Source: Amoebophrya sp. A120
Taxonomy: Eukaryota > Protista > Dinoflagellata
DNA length: 64,000 nucleotides
Direction of reading: 5' to 3'
Assembly: GCA_905178155.1 (NCBI GenBank)
Contig: CAJINV010000011.1
Location: 3,437,077 to 3,501,076, forward strand
The stretch's first letter is position 1; the number at the start of each line of letters is the position of its first letter. This document shows positions 23,480 to 35,300 of this stretch, one piece after another. The notes under the pieces were generated by a model that saw only the letters and a list, made by a program, of their open reading frames with translations, was not told the origin of the DNA and searched no databases. The position numbers and the translations under genes were made by a program.

Positions 23480-25500
23480 CGAAGTGGATAGGTAATGAGT
23501 TGCAGTGAGCGCGGACAAGTTGCGCCGTGGTCTGCGTTTTGTCGGTTTGGGCTGGGGCTGCCGCTCCGAATGCGTTCCGTTCGGGCCGCGGCGGTTGAAA
23601 CCGCCCGCGCACTCCTGTCCAGGCTCGTGCGCGCGCTCGGGATTCATGGAGCAAAGCCGCACGGGCCCGCGGATCGATGTGCGTGGACGACACCGGTGAA
23701 GACAGTCCGACCGCTATCGGAGACTTTCGGCGCCAGCGGCCCACCGATCGCAAGAGAGGCGCGGGCGCTGTGGGCGTCGTCTCGCCCGCGCGCAGCGCAA
23801 AGAAGGCCAGGCGGCGCGCGGGGCCGCAGGGCAGCACCTTGCGCCCCCCGGCCCCACCTCTGGCCGCGCCGCCCCCCACCTCGCTCCGCCGGCCGGCCGC
23901 GATGCACGGCCCTGGCCCGGCGTGCGGGTTCCAGTAAAGTTGAGGCGGGCGCGGTTTTGACCGCGGCGGCTTTTCGGCTGTGCACTGGCTTCAGATCCTC
24001 CAGGGCGCGGGCGGCTAACCTCGTTGGGGCTTCGTGGCCTCGGCTCAGCGCCCTGGCTGGGGTGGCACATGGCTGGCCGCTCTACCACAGCGCGTTTTCA
24101 CCAGGTAGCGCATGGCGCGGCACTTTGCCCCCCGTAGCGGCTTAGCGGCGCGCCCAATTGTTTCCTGTGTGTGGCTGGGCGCGCGCATTTTGTTTTGGCT
24201 TTTTCTTCGTGGCCTCGTCTCCAGGAGTGGCCGTGGCGACTTAGCACTTTCTTATGCTGAGGCCAGCGCCTCCAATGTTTATTCTTGTTATATCAATTAT
24301 GCGTGAGGCTTTGGATCGTGTTCGCCGAGTCGCCCGGAACACCGGAACCGGATCTACCTGTGCCTTGCGGAGACGTTTTCTTTGCTGCCAGTCCGTCGCG
24401 TTGTTTATTCTACTTCACTTGAGGGTCTCGGTCTCGCGCGCACTGCCTTTCCCTTAGAGAGTGACGAAGATGCCGGATCTGTTTGATTGAATTTGGGCGA
24501 GATGCTCTTTTGGTGTGAGTTGTTAGATGGCTGCTGATTCAAGTCCCGACGTTTCTGTTTGATTTCGAGGCGTCGCAGCTAGTTCACTAGTAAGTATGCA
24601 CAACAAAGGGCTTTGCTTTTTCCAAGAGTGGGGCGCATGCGTTCAAGTTCCGCGACAGGGCCCCGATCACGAGCAAAAACGATTGCGCGGCGCAGGGCCG
24701 GCGTCTATGGCAGCGAACCTCCGCGGAGTTTTTCGAAGGCGCCCGCCAGAAGATCCAAGGGGAGGCGCCCTGTGTGTCCGGTTGAGGGCACCCCGCGCGC
24801 GCGCCCGGCCTGCCCGTATCCCCTAGCCCCAAGAGGGCGCCGTCGCCGCCGGGGGCGCACGGGCGGCCGGCGGATGCTTGCCGGGCAGGAAAATGGCGCC
24901 GCGCGGCGCGCCCGCAGCCCCCGCCCCTCCTGCCCAGCTAAGCGAGTGCGGCCGGGCCCCGATGGGTTCGTCGCAGGTCGGCGGCGGGGGTGCGCGTGTT
25001 GCCTCGCGCGCCCAGCTACGGCTAGCGCGCGCATAGGCGCCGGACTGCGGAGTCCCCTCCTTGCCCGCGATCTTCGTCGCGGTGGTGAGCAAAGCCGGAA
25101 AAGGGAAAGCCGAGCGACCGGCCCAATCAGGATCGTGAAGAACGAAGAACGCCGACACAAAGAACACCGAGGCCATGCAGGCCATGCGCCCGCTGCGACC
25201 GTGGTCCCCGCGAGTTTCAGAAGGGCCCGCCCCCTCGTTCTTTTCTTCATCCCCGCGGCCATTGCCACCAGCTTGGCAGGCTGTCATTGCGTGCTATGCC
25301 CCGCCGCGCACGTGGGGGCCTGCCCGGCTTGCTTGGTTGGCGGGCCGCCCCAGCATTCCAGCACGCAGCGGCGTCATGTCGCGTCACGACTTTTTATTGT
25401 GTTGTCGTCGGGTGTGGCGCTGGCGCGGTAGTGGTATGGGGCGTCCCGCAGCCGGTCGGCCGGCGTGTCCTATGTGTGCCAACTGCAGCTCGTAAGGCAA
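23480..25500. other. GC-rich intergenic block(s), possibly a decayed mobile element
   Basis: Very high GC in about 23500-24150 and 24620-25480; only low-complexity ORFs. Confidence 0.4.
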
Positions 25501-25963
25501 AGGCTGACTGCTTGTAGTTGTTTGCTGCATGGCCATGGTGGCCATTGCCATTTTCTGATTGTTGATTGCAGGAGGTTTTGGCGAGTGTAGATCTGGCGCT
25601 CAGCGTCGTCAGCGTCTAACCCGGAAAAGTCGAGTATTGCAGCATCGTGTGTTCATGGTTTGAGTTGGTAGGCGAACTGGAGTAAGGGAAAACTGAGAAT
25701 GGAGCAAGCGTGGGGCGTGTGCGTGCTTGTTTCTTGCGGAAGCATTCGGATGTGAGTCGTTGCGGCTATTAAATTGAGGGGCACGCGCAGGACGCCAAAC
25801 AAATTTAGTGACAGAGTCTGAGTGTGTACTTTGCTTCTTCCAGCTGCAATGTATGAAACAAATGTGGGTGCACTCGAGCGGCAGTATCATTCTTGTCCTA
25901 CCGAACTAGTAATAGATTTAAAGATACAAATACGTAAATCTAGAAGCTTTGCAATGAATGCGA

Positions 25964-28273
25964 ATGGAGAGCGTTGCTTTTCCAGCAGGCGTGGCGGGTG
26001 TATGAAAAATTCAAGTTTCACCACTTTCATGGCTGTACTTTAAATACGGGCAAAAATGGGACTCTGTCTCTTCCGGGAAGAGGAGAACGATGCGCGCATT
26101 TTGAAAATTTCCTCGTTGAAAAAGCAATTCGCGATCGTTCTTGGAAACCGCGAGAACCTGAACCAAGAATGCCAGTTTCTCTGGGCACAAATCTTGCGAA
26201 GTATAGATTTTGCGTTTGCATGCATGAATATGAAAATGATTGTGATTACCTCTTCGTACTCGTCCTGCTGCTATACAAATTCGATCTTTTGTTGAAGTAC
26301 GCTCCGCAAAATGAATTTCGATAAAGAAACATTGGCCAATTACAGGCACCGGCGCCCAGACGGCGTCCGCTGACAGTTTCATCGACAAGGGGGACGTGAT
26401 GAGCTGCACCCAGAAGTTCATTGACCAAATTGACGGTGGCGACGAGGAGTCTCTAGCGGCGATTGATCTTTTGATTAACCAGCTGGAAAACGCGATCTAC
26501 TTCGACAAATTCCTCCTGTACGTCCGCGACATCATGTTAATTCTGGATAAAGAGCTGCAGAGAAGGTACTGACCACAAGCAACGGGAGCGTTATACGACA
26601 ATGAGCATGAAGATGATGATGATGATGCTCAACTGGATCACTCGTTTCAAAACTTCGGCGTGAAAAAATGTAAATGCGCTCTTGTAGTTGTACAACTATA
26701 TCTTGTCTCAAATGCAACCTTTAGGTACGAGCACGCCCTTGACGCGCACGGTTCCCTGTGCACTCCCGCCTACCAAGAAGCTCCGGACAGCCCGGCGCAG
26801 CACTACTGCTACAATGCCCGAGACTTGAAGCGAGCGCCGTTCCACGCCACAAACTTTGTACCAGCCGGCGGAGTGGGCGGCGTCGTCGGCACAGCGCCCA
26901 ATCCCGTGCGTTTCGGCGCGTCGCAGCAGGGGTTTGGTGTCCACAAAAGCACCTTGGCGCCCGTGCCCGAGGGCGTGGAAGCGACGGCCTCGCCGATGAA
27001 GGGGTCGCCGTACTTCGTGCAGCCGGCGTATGTGATGCAGCAACAGCAGCAGCAGCGGCCAGGTACTATGATTTTGTTGTCTCTATTGTTACATCTACCA
27101 AAAGAGGCCCCACGCCGGATCATGAGAAGTCCTACATGGAGCGGATTTATGGTCACGTCAACAATCAATCTGCCTCTGTTGTGTTATTTATGATTTTCAT
27201 TTTTGTTCTCAACAATCTCAGGAACCATGCCACCGTCACATCCTCCCCCCGATGCTGGCACCGCCAACTTCACCGTGATCCCCGGGAGCCAGAGCCAGCA
27301 AACCGCGCGAACGGAATCCGCGTCGCTAACGGGGACTTTCGATTCGCTGCCCGACGCGCGGATATTTCCCATCCGCGGGGACCTATACCCGCCGGAAGTC
27401 ACCCCCTCGAAGCCCAGCAAGGTCGCCAGCGGGTTTGAAAACGTCGAGCAGGTACGGGACGCGCTGCTGGCAGAGGGGGTGCTGATGCAGGTACAGTTTT
27501 GCTGTGCAACTAGTTCTTAGTTCTTGTGCATCTTCGCTTTATTCCTATTTCATTTCTTTGCTTTGTTGCATGGGAAACAGATTTCGTTTTGTGGTCTTGC
27601 AATAGAAATCCCCTGAACAACTATCAGGTGTTCAATAGCGAGTTCCTCCTAGAGTGGAAGTACATCAAGTTCTCCCGGACCGCTGCAAACGCAGCGCCGA
27701 ACCAGATCCAACTGCTTATGAAATGCAAAAGCATCGTACTAGTATAAATTGCAATACAAATTGGCTCAGCATTACAAATTGAATTTGTAATGCGGATTTG
27801 CCTTCACAAAAAAATTTGTAATGCATAAACGCAATTAGTACGAGTACCATACTTTTGCACAGGATACTGCTAGCGCCGCAGCAATCGAACGTGAACGTGA
27901 TGACGTTTGAGCTGAACGACCTAGAACGCGTGGAGCGAGGCCCGCAGTGTCTGGCACTAGGCGATGAAATCGCAGAAGCAGCGACGCAGCATGTATAAAA
28001 ATATACCGATTTTTGATTTAATATGATGATCCTGCTCGCAGAAGTACGAGTAGACCTTAACGTATTTTACTTTCGACACGAGCGAGCCTGCTGTAGTTTC
28101 GAATTTGTTCCAAACTCTTTCTCCCCAACGCTGCGCAGGTGTCAGACGCGTCTTCGCGGATGGCCGCGTTCATTTTTGGCGGAGACGGTTTCTTAATTTT
28201 GGTATTTCCAGACGCATCACTCGGCGACCTCTGCTTCAAGGCCTTCAAGACCTTCGGCCTGCAAGTTGGGTAG
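25964..28273 (+). CDS. Hypothetical multi-exon protein with a possible C-terminal PH-like (ISP-type) domain
   Basis: GT-AG introns and element 27717-27866 join MESVAF...FDKFLL|YEHALD...LLAEGVLMQ|VFNSEFLLEWKYIKF...IQLL|APQQSNVNVMTFELNDLERVERG...FLILVFPDASLGDLCFKAFKTFGLQVG*. The fold assignment is a guess from the pattern. Confidence 0.6.
27717..27866. mobile_element. Introner-type TIR element, family B
   Basis: tatgaaatgcaaaagcatcgtacta ... gtaccatacttttgcacaggata; perfect DR ctgct. Confidence 0.92.
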
Positions 28274-29916
28274 ATAGAGATGGCCTGGTTTGTTTTAGGC
28301 GACATCGGCAGCGCAGGAGAAGCGAGAGCACTCAGGAGGACACCAAAATCAGCCAGAGCTTTTTTGCCTAGCCGGAGACCGCGGGGCGCACGAAGACTCC
28401 TACGGAGCGCTTGCGGTCGCTGGCCACTTGACGTGGTCTGACGTACGGGGTATGCAGCTGCTCAAAGTATGCGCACCAAGGGTATCATGACTCTTGGCGA
28501 TGATTGATAGTTGTTATTCCTCATCTTCATCGTGTGGTGGCATTAAACGCACTGAAATATACGCCAACGAAGGATCACGTGGTGCGCAAAGGCATCCATT
28601 CTTAGAAAGCTACAACTTGAAGAATGTATGCACAGCCAAAAAAGCTGGTATGATACGTTTTGTTTGCACCGGAACGTTTTGTTTGCGCTGGATTGATCCA
28701 TTTTTTTCCGCCTCGCTTTGCGGGTCGGGTTGCACAATGACTTACAACGAGCATATTCACATTAGTGATCATGGCATGTGTATCTTTCAATTGTGATCGT
28801 AATTGTAAAAATGAACAAACAGAAACAATTTGCGTTGGCGCCTCCAGCGCGAGTTTGATGGATATCCTCACCTTCTATATTGTACTTCTCTTGCAACCGA
28901 TCAACAACAGCACAATCGACCTCTTGTATCTTTCTGGTTTGGCGATAGAAAAATAAATGCTGCACCGAAACTCGTTGCCCTTCGAGGGGGCTCGAACGAA
29001 CCAGAGCTGCGCTGCTGATCAAGATTTCACGGCGCCACATTATTTCTACGACGGTGTTCCTCAACATATGTGTCTGCTTCTTTTTTGTGATTGTCTGTCA
29101 GCGCTTTTTCTCGCGGATCAGGAATTTTTCACGTTTTTTTCTTGCAAACAAAAGATCATCAGGCGACCGTAGGGAAGGTCTTTTTCGCGTTGTGCCGTTC
29201 GTGCCGCGCAACTATTTTATCATCTTCTTCTTCATCTTGAAGAATAGCCTGCTCTTCGCAACAGCTTACACCAGGGCTCTACATCTGATTATTGTAATTG
29301 TGCGAGTACATCAACAAATAAGTAGAAGAAACCACAAAACATCACATGGCCGACGCGTGTGACTTCACTGCTATGTCAGAGTAAACAACTTCACCATCTT
29401 AATTACCATCTCGTGTTTACGATTGAAAATACAAATAATTATACCCAGATATCACAGACTCAGACCCAGTCACGGATACAGGAACTTATTCTAGGTAGAA
29501 ACTTGTGCTAAGTAGTAGTACTATTTCCGCAGGATTGCTTCCGCATAGCTGTAGTTGCGTATGCAGAGCGCAGCGTAACCAGTGTGGATGTGGGAATCCC
29601 GAAAGCGATAAGTTTCACTCATTCTTTTTTTGATTTCCAATTTTCCGTTCCCGACGCCAACACGCAGCTTCGTGAAAACCCTTTCTGCTGTCGTAGGTGT
29701 CGTTTCCCCATAAGAATTGTTCTAAGGTCATTCGTTTCTGTAGCTGCACAGTGATACATATAGTACAAAAAATAAGGAAAAATTGTTCAAATCTTCCACC
29801 TTGGCAGGCTATATTAAAACTGAGCATCTTTATTTTACTACAGTGTGACAAAGAAACGCAAACAGTGCCGCTCTGTAGTAGCCCACATCAACCCATCACA
29901 CAGTAGATCTGCAAGC

Positions 29917-30639
29917 ATGGTGGTCTGCCCGCTCGCTACCGGCTTTACGCTGGGAGTTTTTGTGGGAACCAAAGTGACTTTGGGTATGTATTTCACCCTT
30001 CTCGCTATCGTGAATTCTGGCAATAGGGAGGAAGAGGAGGACGAAAATGCGGAGGAACTCGAAATGCAACGTGAGTTGCAAGAATTGCAACTGCTAGAAG
30101 CGCTCAGAAACGATTACGAGGAGCGCAAAAGTTTTAGTCCCTCCAACTTTATTCGCTCCGATGTGAAAAGTAACAACTACAACAACTACCCGATTTCTAC
30201 GTCTAAAAAGAAGATCGAACTAGTTAACGATATGGAGCACCGACGCCATATTGTAGCGAAGAATTTCTTGAAGCACAAAAATCGAAGCACTATCCCCACC
30301 AAGACTGTCGTTGCCCGTACCGCTCAGTCCTCCCGTGTGCAGCTGTATAATCAGGATATTGCAACTAATTCTATTAATTCGATGAACACAGTGGGAGTAG
30401 AAGTTGCCATGCTGGAAAAGAACGGAAATCATTTTTACAACGAGGGCGGGGATCAGGAAGACTCTGGAGCTTCTACCACTTGCTCGCCCTCTTCCGTCGG
30501 GCATGACAGCAACTATTCCGACAATGTTAGCGTCACCGATTACATCAACCAGTTGAACAACCATTTGAAGGTGCAGGCCCCCGAGCCAGCCCCGGCAGCG
30601 GCCTCCAAGGCTGCTGCTGCGGCTGAGTTCTGGTTCTAG
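29917..30639 (+). CDS. Hypothetical protein with an N-terminal hydrophobic (signal/TM) segment
   Basis: Single ORF MVVCPLATGFTLGVFVGTKVTLGMYFTLLAIV followed by an acidic coiled-coil. Confidence 0.55.
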   Translation: MVVCPLATGFTLGVFVGTKVTLGMYFTLLAIVNSGNREEEEDENAEELEMQRELQELQLLEALRNDYEERKSFSPSNFIRSDVKSNNYNNYPISTSKKKIELVNDMEHRRHIVAKNFLKHKNRSTIPTKTVVARTAQSSRVQLYNQDIATNSINSMNTVGVEVAMLEKNGNHFYNEGGDQEDSGASTTCSPSSVGHDSNYSDNVSVTDYINQLNNHLKVQAPEPAPAAASKAAAAAEFWF

Positions 30640-32325
30640 CTCAGAGTGTTTTGTAATTGGATTGCGTACGAAAAAAATAAATCGCGATTTTTACTATGTA
30701 CTAGACGTACATAGTTGTACAGCCAGAAAAGAAAAATTGCTTCATAAATATCTCTACATATAAGAATTATCATGTAAACTGCCTTCTTCATTTTCAATAA
30801 ACCCTTCACAGGATGTGCTTACACATTTATGCTCAGTTCGCTATGCTACAGTGCTTATTTTCAAACTTCCCTTTGGGATTTTAGTTTTCAATATAAGAAT
30901 TATCATGTAAATGCACAGTAGATAGTACGGTACCGTAGCATACATAGATAAGGAGATCTACACAAAAGCGTTACGATCATAGGGGGAAAAGAAAACTAAG
31001 AAAGACAAAAATTTTGGAAAGCGACCATCTTGTCGTGGCCAACTGCGAAAAGTCGTGGCTAGACTTTTGGGTTGCGAAAACAAATTATCGGGCAACGTCG
31101 AACGGTTTAATATCGGAAGTACGTTGCCTAGTTTCTGGGATACGGATCTCGTCTTTTTAGTGCAAATAAAATGTTGATTTTTTATATCACCCCTGTATTC
31201 CGTGAGGCATTCTTATTCACATTATGTATAGCACCTCGAGGAAGTTGCTTCTAGCATGCTGACTCGGGAGATAAAATTGGTGAAATTGAAGACAGAACTA
31301 CGGATAGCATGCATAGGCATAGCGAAGCCAGAGGCAAGCGCAATTCTCTTGTAGTTACTGACAGATATGAATTCACTCATCTTAATTTCAAGAACAGACG
31401 AGTTCGCATTCATTTTGGGAGCACATGATAGGCACGCTTGAGGCATTGATTACTATGGTACAGGACAACAATTCTACAAAACCAAGTTTGAGATACAACA
31501 GACCTACAGAGGCAACAGAAAAGGAAGACTCTACTGTACAAGTGTGTTTGTACGAACATGTTACAACAACTAGAGGACGCTACAACCGGGATTCAGTAGA
31601 ACTTGACTTGAAAAAAGGCGATCACTGAACTTTTGCAGCGGTTTTGTAAAATCAAAGTCATGAAGATGAAAGAACATGAGCAGAAAAAATTAGAAGTAGA
31701 GCCACAACCTGCGCGTGCGTGACAGGCAAGAACCATACCTCCAGGTCTTAACAATAACGAAAAGGAGAGTTGTTGTACACCATGCGACGATAGTTTTGTA
31801 GAAAATCAAGACACAAGTTGGTTTGCTGTATGCTGTTGTTAGTTTAGCGTAGAAGGGGTCTCTCGATAGAATCTTTACAATTTCTTTGTATAGCCACTGG
31901 ATGGCTTCCAACCGCAGTAGAAGTAGATGCAGTAGAGTTACAGTGCTGCGTCCCAAACACAGTACTACGTACAATCAAAATTTCAGTTTGTTTTGAATTT
32001 TGCATAAACTTTTTTTGAAAGTTTACATCAGTCATACAATACAAATTGATAACTCTAAATAACAGTAAAATCGGTACAACCTCCGGAAAAATTCACGGAA
32101 AAGTAACTCACGAGGATTTATTTTCCAAAAAAGTACTACTCCTTAATCCAAGAAGTGTGGCAATAGGCGGTCTAAAGCGGAACAGCCTACTCGGGAGCAG
32201 CATATCTGGCACCACGGGCGCGAATCTTCAAACTCGCACAAGGCTGCAGAACTTGTCTTCTTCCTTCTGCTATCGAAAAGAAAGACCGCACGACCACCTC
32301 CACACGACTGCCAGAGGAGAGCATC

Positions 32326-35300
32326 ATGCGGACTTTCAGCACCAACGACCCGGTCCACGGGACCATTGCACTCCCGTTGTTGCTGAAAAAGTTCATTGAC
32401 CACCCGCTTTTCCAGCGGATGCGGCAGATCAAACAGCTCGGGGTGTGCGAATACGTGTACATTGGTGCGACCCACACGCGATTCTCCCACAGCATCGGCA
32501 CCGCGCACCTTGTATCCTGTGCAAAAGTATCGTACTAGTATAAATTGCATTACAAATTTTATGAGAAAGAAAAATGGAATTTGTAACGCTAATTCAGGTA
32601 AAAAGGCAGGTTTGTCATGCAAGATTGCCATTAGTACGAGTGCGATACTTTTGCACAGGATACCTTGCTTTCACGCTGTGCGAACGGCTCCGCCGGAAGG
32701 GGCTGGTGGGGGGCGGGAAAGGCGCCAAGTTCTTTTTGAACAATGACAGCGACAATGGCGGCGGCGGGCGGCGGGGCGGGGAGCAAGATGACAAGGAGGA
32801 GCCGCTGATGACGGACACGGATCTGGTGTGCATCTGCATCGCCGCCTTGCTGCACGATGTGGGCCACCCCGCGTTCTCGCACATGTTCGAGGAGTTCATG
32901 CGGACGTCTGGGTGTAGCGCCAACAATATGCATTGCAAAAGCATCGCATTAGTAGTAATTGCATTACAAATTTGCTTAGCATTACAAATGAAATTTGTAA
33001 TGCTGTTTTACCTTTTGTCATGCTGTACTACCAGTACGATACTTTTGCAGAGCATAAACAAGAAGCTGGACCGAAAGAAAATCGAAGCAGTGTTTGACGC
33101 GGGCAGCGTATCCGAGGACGGGTATAGAGTTGTACTTTTTGGAGATAAATGCAACTTACTATACTTCAACTTCAGGACTTTTTTTTTGGTTCTGCTCGTC
33201 CTGGAACACTTTATCACTCTATAGATAACTTCAAATTAAAATTATCAACATAACCGCTAGTACACGAAAGAATCATCTATCATCTATGGTGTGTTGATAA
33301 GTATTGACTTTCTTCAGAATAAGTCAACTTCTAGTATATACCGCCCTTTTTTATCAGCCTTGAGGCACGCGTTCCAAACAGTTCTTGGGACCACGAGGAC
33401 GCGTCGCTGTTGCTTGCCAAGCAGATGTTTGCGGACCTGCAAGAGGTGTTGATCGCGGAAAATATCACCAAACTGGACCAGCAGTTCATTCTCGAACTCA
33501 TCCACCCGCCAAAGAAAAAGCTCCTGAAAGCGCTCCAAAACGGCACGCTGTACAAGGAGTGGCCGCTGCTGATCAAGGGCCGGGACATTTCCAAGGCCTG
33601 GATGGTGGAAATTGTGTCCAATTGGAGGTGCGGTTTGGATATGCATTGCAAAATTATCGTACTACTTGGTATAAATTGCATCACAAATTTTTTTCAAGAA
33701 GAAAAATAAATGCAATTTGTAATGCAATTATACCTAAAACGGGATATTTGTCATGCACGATAACAATTACTACGAGTATGATACTTTTTCAATGCATATT
33801 GGACGTGGACCGGTTTGACTATTTTTTGCGGGACGCGTACCACTTGGGCGTGAAGATTCAGTTCGATTTGTCCTATCGCAAGAAAAAACTGTTTCACTGT
33901 GAGCTTGTAATGCAGAAACTGTATCTGAGAAGTGTTTGTTTTGCTACACATGCAAGACAATGGATTTTTAGCTGTCTTTTCCCTTAGGAATCTAGCATGG
34001 CAAATTTTCTCTGTGATGTAGAGCAAACTTGTGATGCAGAACTCGCAAAATCCTTACAGTGAAACACTTTTTTCGTACGATATGTCCCGGTACTTGAACA
34101 ATGTCTCCGTCGCGGAATACGACTACGAGGAGAAAGTATCAAATGTAAAAATGTCTGGGTCTGGAAGATTGCAACTTGTCATGCTAAATCTGCAGCATGC
34201 AAAAATCTGTGTTGCATGAGTGCCAAAAGTCGTCCAGTTTTGACCAAGTCGGGAGGTAGTTTGTCATGCAGGACAGGCATTAGAAAGGTCTCGCAGAATC
34301 TGTCATGCTAGGTCCTGCATTCCAGACCTTATGGGTCATGGAAAAGCAGCATGACAAATCGCGCATTCTTCCAGAGGACCCAGACATTTTTACATTTGAT
34401 AGAAAGTTTTGCAAGAAGTAATTGCGGACGATTTAGAACTACAGGATGTGGTGGATAGTACTGAACAAGCCAGCAGCGGGGCGGTGCCTGCAGCGACTTC
34501 GTCATCTTCCACCTCCTCTTCTTCAATGGCCTTGCCGCTTGGTAGTAGTTCAACATCTACTTCTGCAGCCGAGCAGTCCGCGACCTCTGATAACGTCCCG
34601 GACACGGTTTCCGTCGGCGCGGCGAGCAGTGTCCCAACTACAATCCTTGACCCGAATCTGCTGACGCCGCCGCCGAAGAGTAAAACCAAAAAGATGATGA
34701 AAATCGTGCCCGTTGTCAGGAAGCTCCGCACGCTGGGCGTCCTGCGGAAAGACGCGGACATGCTCCAGCGAGATTTTTTCGAGCAACGACAGCAGCTGCA
34801 CAAGCAGGCGTATCAGCACCGGACCACGAAGAAAGTCGAGCACCACTTGCTGGAGATTCTGAAAATCCTGAACAACAGTCCAACCGTCCGGATAAAAAAC
34901 AAAAAGGGCGAGCCGGTCCGGTTGAGCCAAGCGGCCCGCTTGGACGAGAAAAATTGGGACCCCTACGCGTACGCGCAGCTGACGGACAGCATGATATCCA
35001 CTTTGTTAAATTCCGGTGGTCTCTACCTGGCGCCGGCGAAGGAGGACGACGACTTGACCGATTTATCAACTGCAAATATGTCTGGCTGTGGAAACTTGTC
35101 ATGCTGGGTGGCGTATCATGATGAGGCCGCAAGTGCTGGCTCAGCATGACAGGTTTCTGAGTTTCTAGGTGTTGCCTACGTACTCTGCATGACAAACTGC
35201 GTTTCTGCATGACATAAAAATGGAGCTCTTGGGTATGCGTGCATGACAGAATCAAGAGTCATGCCAGACAAGCATGACAAACATGCATTCTTCCAGACCC

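Noticed and set aside
30758-30911. 21-bp exact direct repeat atataagaattatcatgtaaa (30758 and 30891)
   Set aside because: An isolated AT-rich local duplication in a 3' spacer, with no TIRs or further copies.
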